64,000 nucleotides of DNA. It comes from Octopus bimaculoides (taxonomy: Eukaryota). A program made the translations under genes and the position numbers. Position 1 is the stretch's first letter, and every line of letters starts with the position of its first letter. The stretch spans positions 2,808,404-2,872,403 of the forward strand of contig NC_068981.1 in the NCBI RefSeq assembly GCF_001194135.2, in the 5' to 3' direction. Shown in pieces: positions 27,451 to 41,169 of the stretch. A model generated the notes under the pieces. It did not search any database. It was not told where the DNA came from and was given only the letters and a program-made list of their open reading frames with translations.

Positions 27451-29389
27451 ATATCAACTGAGGCGAAGGTAGAATATTTCAACAGAAGAGTCAGCAACAT
27501 GAGATGTTCACTTATTATTTTGACAGACTCTAACAATGGATTTGTTTGGTAAGTAACTAAATATCTGGATTATGAATATACAAATTCATGCAGCATTATC
27601 CTGGATTATTCCATGTAACTTTGATGACAATATTGTCAGCATGTGATGCAATGAATAAAGTTAGACTCATACCACCCAACTCAAGCAATCCGGATCTACT
27701 TGTCTCTCCTTTGCTCAACACCCTTATGTCTTTGCATCCAACCTCACAAAAGTCCTGCACTGATCTCGATACCCAGTCCTTCCATCCCAGAATGTTGCCC
27801 CTCTGGAACTTCCCCCTTCTCTATGCCTTTCAAGAAGGTGTTGAACTTTCAAAGATTCACGAGGGACATTAATAGCATGGATCCCACTGTTCTAAAAAGG
27901 CCTGTGAGGGCCCTGAGCATTGCTGTTTCTTCCAGAATCAGCAAGTAAATAAAAATTAAAAAAAAAGAAAAAAAAAAAGAAGTAAAAAGTTCTTATGAAT
28001 GAGTTTTGGATTAAGGCAAAGATGTTATAAAATCTGCCGTTCTCCATAGCAACAACATATAGTTTCTTGAAAAGAAGAATTGTTCAAACACCTGCTTCGT
28101 TTGTTTCTTTTTCTTATATGTTATCTTAAGTATTTCGTTAATGAGGTGTGGAATGGGGAAAAACAAAAATAGAATTGCGTTAGTCTTTAGGTAGCAAAAG
28201 TTAGTTCACACCTTTGCTGAAAGTAGGAATCATTCATTGAGAAAAATTTACCGAGTGATGTAAGAGAGAGAGAGAAAAAATAGAGAGAGAGAGAGAGAGA
28301 GAAAAAAAATAGAGAGAGAGAGAGAGAGAGAGAGAAGAAAATAGAGAGAATATTGCCACCCACTCACCCATCTCTATCCTTAGGTATTTCACAATCTTGG
28401 AAAAATGTGCAGCAAAGAGTAACATTTTTTATGGGATTCCATGTTTGAATTCCTGTCTAGTTTTTAGTGTGGCTTTTACTCGGTGGTTAATGATGATGAG
28501 TATCATAGTGATGGTGGTGGTGATGGTGATGATGATAGCAATATGTACTTACAAATAATTTCTAACATTCATGTAAAAAGATGCATGCACACACACGTGC
28601 ACACACAAAATGAAAGGTAAAAATTAGTGTTTTATTTCTATATCTTTAAAGGAAATTGCTTACATTCCCTTTTAGGTGTCTGCAAGTATATTACATAAAG
28701 ATATGTGAAAATGATCGAGACAAACAGACAGACAAAAAAAAAAGAAAAAAAGACAGCATTAAGTTCAAGTATTGAGTTGCCAAATCCATCTGCTGTTGAT
28801 AAAGTATAGCTTTTCATGGTATTGATATTTAGCATGTTAAAATAATAAAAGAACAACCCAAGTAAATTAATTAGAAAGATATAAAAATCTTATTTGACTC
28901 ACAGACAAAACAGGACCATCTTTTACAGTGAAACCAACCATCAAATAGGAAATACCGAATGTACGTGGTACTTGAAATAGTATAAATATAGTTGGAAGAC
29001 AGTCAGTAACAGCTGCTGGCAGTCAAAGAATTATCATAAACACCATTATAGTTACCAAGAACGCCAGTACCATGACTTACTATCATTACCGTTATTATAC
29101 TCTAATAACGACCAACAGCTTCTGTGAACGATAATCATGTTCCATAGATGCCGATTCTTTCTCTCAGCCCTCTGAAAGTGTCCATTTTTCTCACTTCTCT
29201 AAGTTTGTCTCTAACTTACATAGGGAAAATCTGCCTCAACAAATTCCATCTGACCCATGCAAGCATGGAAAAGTGGACAGTAAATGATGATGATGATAAT
29301 ATACATATTACAAGAAGAAGGAGAAGTACTTGTGGCCTTCACAGGCCCTCTGAGGATAGTGAGATTTGATATCATTAATGTCCTGGTTA

Positions 29390-29790
29390 AACTGGTGCAA
29401 GTCAAAATGTCAAACTAAAACCAAACCCCTATAACTGGAAATTCATTGACCAAGATGGCCTTTGACAAGGTACCATGTTGTTAGTGATCACCATGTTCCA
29501 GAGGTCACTAAAAAAATTCTGAATTCATGAATGACTCAAGAACCATGCAAACTATGTACAGAAATGCTGTCAGAAAGGTGAGAGTTAGGAACAGGTTCTG
29601 CAAGGAATATTGTTTGCAGGTTCCATCCCTCACAGTTCCATCCTGATATCCCTATTTGTTCTCCAGCTTAGAAGGGCTATCCTTAGGAACTCTTACATAC
29701 CAGTAATCTACTCCTAATAGATGAAGGTGTCTAAGATTTAACTCTTAATGTCCCTGTATAACCCAAAACCACTCTTGATTATGTTTGCTT
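29390..29790 (+). mobile_element. Decayed RTE RT fragment
   Basis: The peptide QTMYRNAVRKVRVRNRFCKEYCLQV matches the RTE RT segment also seen at 22.6 kb and 53.4 kb. Confidence 0.65.
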
Positions 29791-30308
29791 CAAAGGAAGT
29801 AATGAACTTCCTAATTGAAACGAGAAAACTTTAATCCTTTTCTCTATCATTCCATTTATATTCTGTGACATTTCCAATTAAAATTGACAAAATGTGTTAC
29901 TGATTTCTTGTGATTCATTTTCGGGGTTATTTCTGAAGGGAGTAACTCAACTTACCTGTAAAATTCATAAGAGAACAACTGCGAAAAAAACTCAAGGAAG
30001 AACATTTGGTGTGTATGATGTTTGTATGTTTATGTCTGTTACTAATTGCATTTCATTTGTCACTATCATCTTTCTTTACATCTTTTTTGGAGTGTATCTG
30101 GCTTTTTTTATTTTCATTATTATTATGTAATTAATTAATAACCACACATGCACGACACTATATTTAGCATAAATGACTGCCAAAGTTGAAAGAAAAAGAC
30201 TTTTCTGCATTACTGCCATTTTTCACAATGCTCTGACCACAACTAGATACAATATAAGCATTTGAATAAACAAAGCTGTTTTTAGTTATTTTTCTGTTCA
30301 ATCATTAA

Positions 30309-30708
30309 CCCTTTCGTTACCAACCCAGCTGAAACTGTCTCTGGTTCTGAGTACAAATATCTTGTTTTCATAAGTTCTGAATTAAAATCTTCCACCAAAC
30401 CTTAGTCACAATCTATGTTCCTAACACTGGCTGAATGAGAACTGAGTTATTTTAGTAAATTCTTTATTATTCTCTTTTACTCTTTTACTTGTTTCAGCCA
30501 TGTGACTGCGGCCATACTGGAGCACCACCTTTACTCGAGCAAATCGACCCCAGGACTTATTCTTTGTAAGCCTAGTACTTATTCTATCAGTCTCTTTTGC
30601 CGAACAGCTAAGTTATGGGGCCGTAAACACACCAGCATCGGTTGTCAAGCGATGTTGGGGGGACAAACACAGACACACAAACATATACACACACACACAC
30701 ATACCTAC

Positions 30709-30756
<48 letters not shown>

Positions 30757-30997
30757 ATATACATATATACGACGGGCTTCTTTCAGTTTCCATCTACCAA
30801 ATCCACTCACAAGGCTTTGGTCGGCCCGAGGCTATAGTAGAAGACACTTGCCCAAGGTGCCATGCAGTGGGACTGAACCCGGAACCATGCTGTTCATAAG
30901 CAAGCTACTTACCACACAGCCACTCCTACGCCTGTTATATTTAAAATTAATTGAAAGAAGCACAGAGCATCTCAACAGAAATATGATAACGAAAGGG
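30309..30997. mobile_element. piggyBac-type MITE (reverse orientation) containing a SINE
   Basis: TTAA|CCCTTTCGTTAC ... ATAACGAAAGGG|TTAA. The interior is interrupted at ~30471-30938 by a SINE. Confidence 0.8.
30471..30933 (-). mobile_element. tRNA-derived SINE, family A (full length)
   Basis: Collinear with 13880-14358. Confidence 0.85.
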
Positions 30998-31892
30998 TTA
31001 AAGGGACAAGGTGTGGAAGCAAAACTTGGAACCAAGAAGCTTCTAAGTAAACCTGGTTAAAGACAAGTTTTAGTCATCAGGAAAGAAAACAAGACCCTAC
31101 TGCCCTGTGGGAAGCGGCCAAGATCAATATGCAGGAAAGCAAGACAATAGAAATTTCAAATAATGTATCCAATATAACCTATAGATTCACAAGAGGTGTA
31201 TTGGGATCACAAGTGGAGGCACAATGGCCCAGTGGTTAGGGCAGCGGTCTCGCGGTTGTAGGATCATGGTTTTGATTCCCAAACTAGGCGCTGTGAGTGC
31301 TTATTGAGCGAAAACACCTAAAGCTCCACAAGGCTCCACCAGGTATTTTCCCTCAGGATTCCAGCCAACAAAACATACGCAAAGTATGAGAGCTTGTACA
31401 ATATTTTACACTAAATGAAACCCAGTTAGATTGAAGAGCAAAAATTTCAGAGGTTACTCTGTATACAAGATTTCTAAGAATAAGAGGGGGGGGGGCCTTA
31501 GTAGTTAGGTAGACGGGGTGGGGGTATGAATAAAAAGAAGCAAAAAGAATGTGGCTTATCACATAGATTAGAGAGAGATGGAGGAGAGACGAGGGAGGTA
31601 GTGAGGTGTATGTAACGGCTCAGTTACTGAGAGATGAAGGTTTATAATATTTTTATTAAAAAAAACTAAAGAAATGTGATATCAGAAAGTTGTGGAGTGG
31701 CTCCACCAACATTAGTTTATTAGTTTCAATATTTGGTTTATTTATTTACACCTAGTTTACAGATATTTTAAACCTAAATCTAAATTTAACAACAAACATG
31801 TACACAGCTCTGTAGTTTTATGGTTGTATAAACACTATAATTTTACTACAATGCAGAGTTCTTCTCAATGACCATAGAGTATTCCAGTTTAA

Positions 31893-32103
31893 CCCTTCCA
31901 ACCTGGAACTTTATCTCAAGTCGGTAATGGTACAGAGTTTATAAGCATGCACGCCTTTTGAGCTGCCATTATAGTGTGATACACTCTGATCATATGTCTG
32001 GCGCTACATACTGACCAGAAAAACCAGAATGGTACTTATACTGCATCACATAGGTTGTAAAATTTTTGACTGGTACAAATATGTACCAGTGGGGCCAAAA
32101 GGG
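31893..32103. mobile_element. TTAA-flanked MITE with unrelated interior
   Basis: TTAA|CCCTT ... AAGGG|TTAA; the matching TIR is short. Confidence 0.55.
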
Positions 32104-32936
32104 TTAAGGATGTGTAGAACAAAGGTTCTTTACCTGGCTGGTATCACTCCCTCAAGAGAGATGTCAGAGGCACTGGGTGATTAGAGGGGGGGGGGGGGGG
32201 TCATGATTTTTATTAGAAATAAAATATTTGAACCAGGTACAATATTTTTGATTGCTTTTCTGATTTTTCAAAACAATTTTGTCAGAATTCAGATACAGGG
32301 CTTATCATGACAGATGACATGCCAAGTTCTAGTATAGTTTCAATAAAAATTTAACACAAGGGTTCGATGAATCCATGCAAATATCTGAGAAGAGGCACCT
32401 GCTCAATGAATTACAATAACATTGCACAACATTTTTTTAATATTTGTGTAGAGAGTGTTAGTAAAATGTCATTCCATTAAGGGGGCTGCTGAACTATAAA
32501 AGGCAAGGAACCACTGATATTACAGGTATCGATATTGTTATGAAGTTAACCAGAATATTTAGATTATCAATACCAATATCCTGTTCAGATTTATCAATAG
32601 GATAACCTCCAATAACAACATCATCATCATCATCATCATCACCACCACCAACAACAAAACTGAAAAACCTTTGCTAAGAACTGATGACCCGCCNNNNNNN
32701 NNNATCTGGTATTTGATTCAATCAGTTGTTTTTAGTACCTGGCAGCAGACACGCTGACTGATTATTTCAGTTGAATCTTGTTTGTTCAGTTAACAAAGAT
32801 AACAGTACCAGTCTGTGGTACTCTACTGTTCCTGGCACTCTACTGACCTGTTATAAGATCTGATAATATCAATGAAGTAGAGCATCTCTCAGTGAGTGTG
32901 TAATCAACTTATACCTAAATGAGAGGGAGGGAGAGG

Positions 32937-32980
<44 letters not shown>

Positions 32981-34110
32981 AAGAGAGAGATATGTGGGGG
33001 AGAAAGCGAGGGTGGGAGAGGGGGAGGAGGGTAAACATTCCAGTTTATGTTAATATGCAGTGGAACTCCTTGCAGAATATATGAGAAGTATAAATATTTC
33101 TTTCATTCTCAATTCATTTCTGGCAGATTCAAATGTGAACATCTAATCACTGTTGTTTTTCATCATCAGAGAATATCTCCTTTTAGACAATGTATCAATG
33201 ATGTAATGGGATTCATTGACGTAAGAAAACTTTGAGACACTGTGGTGTCTTGACCTTATTGTGTTTCTTTGGTCAAAGTTACCCTTCCAGGCCGAGGAAT
33301 CTAACAAGAGTGTTGGCTCTTGTTTACAGAAGTCGGCAAACACATGATTTGTTGATGTATGCTGATGTCTACCAAACAGATAAAAATTCAGGAGAAGCAT
33401 GCAGAGCAGCAAGAATCTAAATGATAACATATCTATTCATTCTTAATATTCGCCCAATGTGTTAATGATCTTGCCAACTGGTCACCTTAACGATAGTAAC
33501 AATGGTTTCAAATTTTGGCACAAGACCGGCAATTTTAGTGTGGGGAGCAAGTTAATTATATCAATCCCAATGTTCAATTCATACTTACTTTATCAAGCCT
33601 GAAAAGATGGAAGGCTAAGTCAATCTTGGCTGAATTTGAACTATGATGATGATGGTGACGATCACAATGACGATGATGATGATGATGATGATGAATGTAA
33701 AGAATGGACGAAATGCCACTAAGCCCGTTAACAATTCTACCAGCTCCACTGCCTCAATAATAACAATGATAATAAACTGCATCGTACCCAAGATGTCATT
33801 GACACACCTAAAACTGACAATACCACATTTCTTAATTATTTTACACATTCATTAACTTTAACAAGCTGCTCACTGTTGTGTGTATTTCATTTAACGATTT
33901 ATTCCTCTTCCTTCTCCCTACCTACTCTTTCTTTCACGCTAGAATTAATTTAGAATACTCAAAGTTATATATTTTAATCAGCGCTAACCTATGGATCCAC
34001 CGTTTTCCTGTACCATTTCTAGGTTGGGAATCTAATGTATTATAAAGTCTAAAATCAATCGTATACTATAAATGAGGTGAGTTCTATGGTTTTATAATAA
34101 GGTCATCTTT

Positions 34111-34147
<37 letters not shown>

Positions 34148-34239
34148 AGTGGGACTGTGTGTGCGTGTGTGTGTTCTAGCTAAACATCTAATAATTGCCA
34201 GGCAATTTTCACAAGAGTGCTTTCATTTCAATTTTGTTT

Positions 34240-34610
34240 CATCATCATCATCATCATCATCATCGTTTAACGTCCGCCTTCGATGCTAGCATGGGTTGGA
34301 CGATTTGACTGAGGACTGGTGAAACCAGATGGCTACACTAGGCTCCAAGCTGATCTAGCAGAGTTTCTACAGCTGGATGCCCTTCCTAACGCCAACCATT
34401 TCGAGAGTGTAGTGGGTGCTTTTACGTGCCACCGGCTCGAAGGCCAGTCAGGCAGTACTGGCAACGGCCATGCTCAAATGGTGTCTTTTACGTGCCACCT
34501 GCACAGGAGCAGTCCAGTGGCACTGGCAACAATCTCGCTCGAATGTTTTTTCATGTGCCACCAGCATAATTGCCAGTAAGGTGATGCTGGTAATGATCAC
34601 GCTCAAATGG
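34240..34610 (-). mobile_element. SINE-like family B
   Basis: Starts (cat)n-gtttaacgtccgcc; same body as the other copies. Confidence 0.8.
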
Positions 34611-35087
34611 TCAAATTTGTTTTTTTTTATTCTATTTCAGAGCAAGTCTTCCCTGAAAGGACAGGTTTCTGGATTATTTGGGACAAGTTATATCTCAATA
34701 AAATAAGTTTTAGTCTTTCCATCTCGTGCACGGATGCAAAGCAGTTTTTCTAGACTGCTGCTGTTGATGCTTTGTGAGGGGCTTTCGACTGCCCCCTAAT
34801 GAAATTCCTTACATACACACACACACACACACACACATAGACCATCAGCAATATACACAGATATACAGCAAAAGAGTGAAAGAGAATGTGGTAAATATCA
34901 AGAGTGGAAAGTTTACGAGAAAAGTCTAAAAGAGATAAACAGAGAGAGAGGGGGGGGGGATCTTTGTTGCTGTCACAGATTTTGATATTTTAAAATTAAG
35001 TGAAAATGTGTGTGTGTGTATGTGTGTGTGTGTGCGTGCGTGCGCGCGCGTGCGTGCCCGCCCCCTATCACTGCTTGACGATCATGT

Positions 35088-35125
<38 letters not shown>

Positions 35126-35474
35126 GTCCCCATAACCGTTCAGTAAAAGAGGCCAATAGAATAACTACCAGGCTTTAAAAAAATAAATATCAGGATTGAT
35201 TTATTTGACTAAAATTCGTCAAAACAGTGCCCCCAATGTAGCCATAGCCTAATGATTGAAACAAGCAAAAGATGAAAGCTACAGGAAGAAGTGTCATTTG
35301 TTTGCACTCTTCTGTGCAAACCCATCCAACCATCACAAACTGTTTTATGTTTGGAGAACGTCCGTCCACCTTGCTCAGAAATAAGAGAGGATTGTCGACA
35401 GGAAGAGCTGGCTGTAGAAAATCTGCCTCAAATTTTGTCTGATTCGGACAACAATGGAAAAAAAAGGAAGTTAA

Positions 35475-35693
35475 CGATTTAGCATTCACATTTTTCTGTC
35501 ACAATTAAAAGCTCATTTAATTACATTATTTTGAATTAATCATGCATTACCTTAGAGCTTTGAGATTTTAATGAGGTAGCTTAATTTTTAGAATGATATA
35601 GTAGGGTTGGTGTGAGAAGCCAGATCTGGCCAGTTTGAACATAAAACAGGTAAAATATTTAGGATGGATAAAGCCGGTTTAAATGCTGAAAGG
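35475..35693. mobile_element. TTAA-flanked MITE, second family
   Basis: TTAA|CGATTTAGCATT ... AATGCTGAAAGG|TTAA. Homologous copies lie at 6660-6881 and ~22725-22886. Confidence 0.7.
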
Positions 35694-35705
35694 TTAAAAC
35701 AATGA

Positions 35706-35737
<32 letters not shown>

Positions 35738-36788
35738 AGACGAAAATAACATCATTGTCTTTATGTTTGTTTTCCATACTGACATGTGTTGGATGGTTTG
35801 ACAGGATGTGACAAGCCACAAGACTGTGTCAAGCTCCAATGTCAAACTTTGGTATAGTTTCTACACGATGATGATGATGAGGATGATGGATATTATCCTT
35901 CCATCCATCCATTTTCCATGTTGACAGGAGCTGGCAAGGCCAAGTGCAGCCCCAGGTTCCATTGTCTCTTGGTATGGTTTCTACAACTGGACACCATTCC
36001 CAACACCAACCACTTTACAGAGAGTACTCAGTGCTTTTTACGTGGCACCGTCGCAAGCTGCCAACCTCTTTGCAGTGTGCACTATGTGCATTTTCATGAC
36101 ACCGGTGCTAGCGAGATTGCCAAGTAACTTGCAAGGCAAGAACAGAAAGAAAGTTCTCTTGAGTGAGTGGGAGTGCATTTGAGAGAGAGTGGAGGAGGGG
36201 TGTGGTGGCTTTATGCCAGGTATTGAAAGGCTAAAGTATGATAGAGGAATATCCACAGGTGTCTTGCTGTACTTGCTTTAGAAGAGCTACATGGCTAGGC
36301 TAACCACATTATATAATAAGGGTGGGTAGGAATAACTGGAAACAAAATAAAAGGTAGTGGTGGTGGTGGTGATAAGGTGTCAGAGTAACTCTGAACATAC
36401 AAGAAGGTGAACAGAAGAGAGAATACAGACACTGGATCAGGTGAGGGAGGAGAAATAAAGAAGCGGAAAAAAAATTCAGTATTTGTTCGTGATTTTTGTC
36501 AAATAATGTTTATTTCTCAGAATACTTCAGGAAAAACTAACTTTTGAATCATAAGCAGAGCTACTACTACCGAGTTAATTATTATTGTAGCCAATGGTTT
36601 GCCAAGGTTTTCCGGTACAATTTGGCAGGTTTTTCTTCACCAAACACTTGCCAACACATAACATCACTTCATCATAATAATATCACACTTTTCCTCTGCT
36701 TTATTATCTTAATATAATATGTCTTCTAATAGCTTCCTTCAAATAATTACCATCCTTCTGTTTCATTATCTACTTGTACCAATCCTGC

Positions 36789-36836
<48 letters not shown>

Positions 36837-37065
36837 GCAAGCAAGCAGACACATGCAGGTCCCATACACAAACACACTCCCCAATGCATGAACATACGTT
36901 CTGCTATCAAAGACTTGATTAACTTTACTTCAAAATATCTCTTCTTATTTTTTTCCAAATAAAAGAATAAGAAACACAATATGAACACAAATGCTTTGGA
37001 GGTGTTTCAATGAAACCAAAATATAAATTTCACACACATACAAAGACATACATTTTATAAATCTT

Positions 37066-37316
37066 CTATTTCTTTACTGGTTTCAATCATTAGACTGCAG
37101 CTATGCTGGGGATACTATGTTGAAGAATTCTAATCAAATGAATTGACTTCAGTATTTATGTTTTCTTAAGCAGCCTGCCACTTATTCTATTAGTTTTTTT
37201 TTACCAAACTGCTAAGTTACAGAGATGTAAACACCAATTGTCAAGCGATGGTGGGGGACAAACACAGATACAACAACATGCGGAATAGTTTTATAAGACA
37301 TCCATTTGATATATAT

Positions 37317-37357
<41 letters not shown>

Positions 37358-37513
37358 TCTTTCAGTTTCTGCCTGCCATATCTACTCACAAGGCTTTGGT
37401 TGGCCCGAAGCTATAGTAGAAGACACTTGCCCAAGGTGCCACGCAGTGGGACTGAACCCGGAACGATGTGGTTGAAAAGCAAGCTTCTTAACCACACAGC
37501 CACTCATGCGCCT
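37066..37513 (-). mobile_element. tRNA-derived SINE, family A
   Basis: Collinear with the other family A copies. Confidence 0.8.
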
Positions 37514-38030
37514 GTTTGAGTGTCCACATAAATAATATATGCGTATGTATGTGTAGACATAGAAACACTTATATATATGCATGATGTGCATGAGCATCGC
37601 TGGCAAATTGTCTTATTTCTGATATTTTTTGTCTTTGTTAGTTGCCATGAGAGCTACAAAATGGCTTTTAAAGCCAGCNNNNNNNNNNNNNNNNNNNNNN
37701 NNNNNNNNNNNNNNNNNNNNNNNNNNNNNNNNNNNNNNNNNNNNNNNNNNNNNNNNNNNNNNNNNNNNNNNNNNNNNNGAGAGAAAGAAAGAGAGAGAGA
37801 GAGAAAGAAAGAGAGAGAGAGAGAGAGGTATTGGTATCCAGAAGACCCAAGATGGCAGGTAAGGCTATGTTAGTGCTACAGAAGGGCCTTAGTTAGACTC
37901 TTGGTTTGATAATAATATGAACGAGGAGTCTAATGTGGGTCTTGTGTGAATATGTATATGCTAAAAAAAAACCGAGACAACAAAGCCAAGGCTGTGTGGA
38001 GTTTTTAGGACAGTCATAAAGAGAGAGTTA

Positions 38031-38078
38031 GTCTTACAGTCGTTTCTGGGATATTAGGGATATCCCTTCATCAGAGAC
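38031..38078 (-). ncRNA. Minimal type I hammerhead ribozyme motif
   Basis: The minus strand reads GTCT-CTGATGA-A-GGGATAT(cccta)ATATCCC-A-GAAAC-GACT-GTA-AGAC. Stem I is GUCU/AGAC, stem II is a perfect 7 bp, and the triplet is GUA. Confidence 0.62.
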
Positions 38079-38148
38079 GATATGAGAGAGTTAACTAGAG
38101 GGAAATAATAGAGTTTAATATAAGGGAAATAGTTAACTCTCTTCTATC

Positions 38149-38197
38149 ATCTCTGGTGAAGGGATATCTCTAATATCCCCAGAAACAGCTGTAAGAT
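38149..38197 (+). ncRNA. Hammerhead motif with core substitution (right arm)
   Basis: ATCT-CTGGTGA-A-GGGATAT(ctcta)ATATCCC-CA-GAAACAGCTGTA-AGAT. Stem III is the perfect palindrome ACAGCTGT and stem I is AUCU/AGAU. The core has A6>G, so it is predicted inactive. Confidence 0.5.
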
Positions 38198-39769
38198 TAA
38201 CTTTCTCTTTATGAATGTCCTGAAAATTCCACACAGCTTTGGCTTTGTTGTCTCATTTTATTTAACATATATGTGCACAGGCATGGTTGTGTGACACACA
38301 CACACACACACAAGCATACATATACACACAATATTTTTGATGCGACAAGCCCAAAAGTTAGTTTAAATCTTCTGTAGATTAAAGAAAGGAAATTAAGAAC
38401 TTGGCTAATTATTGTTTTTAATTGTTACAATTATAATGAGAAACACCTGAAACTAACTGCATAACATATATATATGAAAGGAATGGCTGGCTGATTAACT
38501 GGTGTGGGGGGGGGGGGGGGGGGAGAGAAAACCTGCAAAGACCATGATAATAGCCCTTTCCTCTAAACTGATCCAATTAGAATGCATGCACCTCTATGTA
38601 ATGCATTTACACTTAGGTGTACTCTGCCACCTGCATGTGTGTGTTTCCATGTGGTGTATGTGTTTGTGCACATGTTTGCATGTGCATCTGTATGCACTCG
38701 TGTGTGTGTCTGCAAGCACACACTTTTTAACTGTTACTATTTTATATCTGCAGGTGTGGCTGTGTGCTAAGAAGTTTCTTCCCAACCACATGGTTACAGG
38801 CTCAATCCTACTGCATGGCACCTTGACCAAGTGTCTTCTACTATAGCCCTGGGCTGACTAAAGCCTTGTGAGTGGATCTGGTAGATGGAAACTGAAAGAA
38901 GCCTGTTGTATATATAATGTGTGTGTGTGAGTGTGTGTGCATGCACGCCTATGCAGATATGTATATGTATGCATGTTCAGATGTGTGTGTGTGTGCGTGT
39001 GCGTGTGTGTGTATGTGTTACCCTCCACGCACTACTTAACCAGTATTAGTTTGTTTATGTCCCCATAAGTTAGTTATTCAGCAAAACAGACCAACAGAAT
39101 AAATACTAAACTTAAGAAGTAAATATTGGATCAATTAATTTGACTAAACTCTTGACTGAAACCGATAAAAGAAAGTCGTATATAATCTTAAACAGTTTCA
39201 AAAGAAACAACCAATGATTGTCGTCTCTGAAAATTATAACAACAGGTCTTATATAAACCCAAAATAGCTTCAATGCATTGCCTGTTATTTTCATCTAAAG
39301 ATCCTACATACAGGTGAACATTCCCAGTTTTCAAGTGTTCTTTCGTTCAAGCTCCATCTAAGATAATCGCAATATATTTGACACAAATTGGCTTTCAGAA
39401 ATCTTACATTTGACTACATTCAATAGTGCAATATATTTGACAGTGTGATTTAAACGTGGAAGAGACAGACCAAAGAAAACCGAGAAGGAAGTAGCTTAAG
39501 CCGGAACTATTTTGGTTCCATTCACAAAATGACTTGACAGGAGTCGTTCTGCAGACTTTTCTGACGAGTGACAAATAGAATAAAAAATGAACACTAAAGA
39601 TGATGATGATAATGATAATGTTAACAACGGCTGTGATCTATGAATGCTCTTGCATAGATTTAAGATGATAAACATGTAAATTTACAAAAGCAATCATATT
39701 GTTTGGCTTTCAGTATCACCACACAATATAAAACAGGTAAATACTTAAAACATCAATAAAATTAATCAG

Positions 39770-40192
39770 CCCATTTAGAGAGTACCTTTGAATCGTTGGG
39801 CAACATGCTGTGCTTGATGAGACATATTGAGTCGAGTAAACCAAATGGAAATTGTAGTCGTGGCCGATACCAGTGCTGGTGGCATGCAATAAGCACTATC
39901 CGAATGTGGTTGATGCCAGCTTCTTCGCTCCGACTGGCTCCTGTGCCGGTGGCATGAAAAAAGCAGCATCTGAACGTGGCTGATGCCAGTGCCGCCTGAC
40001 TGGCTCCTGTGCCAGTGGCACATAAAAAGCACCAACTATACTCTAGGAGGGGTTGGCATTAGGAAGGGCATCCAGTTGTAGAAACTCTGGCAGATCAGAT
40101 TGGAGCCTGGGGCAGCCGCTGGCTCTCCAGACCTCAGTCAAACTGTGTAACCCATGCCCGCATGGAAAATAGACGTTTAACTATGATGATGA
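39770..40192 (+). mobile_element. SINE-like family B with tandem ~65-bp internal modules and (GAT)n tail
   Basis: Modules gccagtgccgcctgactggctcctgtgccagtggcac. The 3' end reads aacccatgc..gcatggaaa..gacgtt(t)aa(gat)n. Confidence 0.8.
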
Positions 40193-40524
40193 ATGCATAG
40201 AACTTAAAGATAAACTCAGTTTAATAGTTTATTGCAAATGTTTAGTGATAGATATTGGTTAATGTAACCATTTCGCAACTATAAGTCTAAACAAGCTGTA
40301 ACATAGCACCAATGAAATAGATAAATTCAGCTGCCCCACACAATATTGCCAAACTTCATAAATTATGTAGTCAACGAGTTTGTCCATACACTCAACACAC
40401 AAAGCGACAAGTGCATATGAGTAAGAACACAATACTAAACGAAAGTCTAAAATGGTCTCCAAAATCAGACACAAAAGACAGACAAAAAAAAAAGCAAAAA
40501 TCATTGCAGTTATTATGTCTCAAA

Positions 40525-40594
40525 CTTTAGCAACATCCAGACTGTATTCTTTAAATCATGAGATTTAAAGAATATAGTCTGGATGTTGTTGAAG
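40525..40594. other. Isolated 70-nt hairpin (33-bp stem, 4-nt loop)
   Basis: 40525-40557 pairs with 40562-40594. On the + strand all 33 positions pair (30 Watson-Crick and 3 G-U). Confidence 0.85.
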
Positions 40595-40608
40595 GAAACT
40601 GTTTTCTT

Positions 40609-40645
<37 letters not shown>

Positions 40646-41169
40646 ATTTTTCAAAACATGTGCTTTAGTTAGTTGCTCTGATCAGCAAATAAATGAGAAA
40701 AAGATTATGAATGTAACATTGATAAATAACTTTATAAATTGTAATGAAGGTAATTGGGACAGTGCCTTGCTTGAGAGGGCAGATGGGAAAGAAGGACGTC
40801 CTGAGAAATACAGGTAAGACAACATAAGAGGGTGAACGTTTGAGGGGGAGTGAGAGAGATGGCACAAGGTTGATGTGCTCCAGAGAAATACAAAGCTCTA
40901 TGTATTATCTCATAGTTACAAAAGGATTTTATGTGTGTGCAAGTGTGTGTGTGTATATACACATACACTACCTGATAAGCAAATAAAATAAAAATACACA
41001 GAATAGGCACAGTTGATGCTGGGAAGATGAACAGAGCAAAGTAACAGCATGTCTACCATAAACACTACTGCATGAGATTACAAAAACACGACTGTTGTAT
41101 ACACCAGGGTTTACTACTCTACAGAAACACTCATGTTTACTACAACACAAACCCCATTGTTGTAAACAC

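Larger units (their letters stand above)
37956..38270. mobile_element. Fold-back (palindromic) MITE-like element with hammerhead motifs in both arms
   Basis: Imperfect inverted arms of ~140 bp (e.g. gagacaacaaagccaaggctgtgtgga vs tccacacagctttggctttgttgtctc) around a ~35-nt A-rich spacer. The ends lie in TA-rich context. Confidence 0.8.

Noticed and set aside
33100-33175. CTGATGA...GAAA on the minus strand
   Set aside because: No stem II, and the cleavage position would be G, so it is not a hammerhead.
33127-33220. Plus-strand segment with good acceptor and donor and an open frame
   Set aside because: No recognisable protein and no supporting neighbouring exons.
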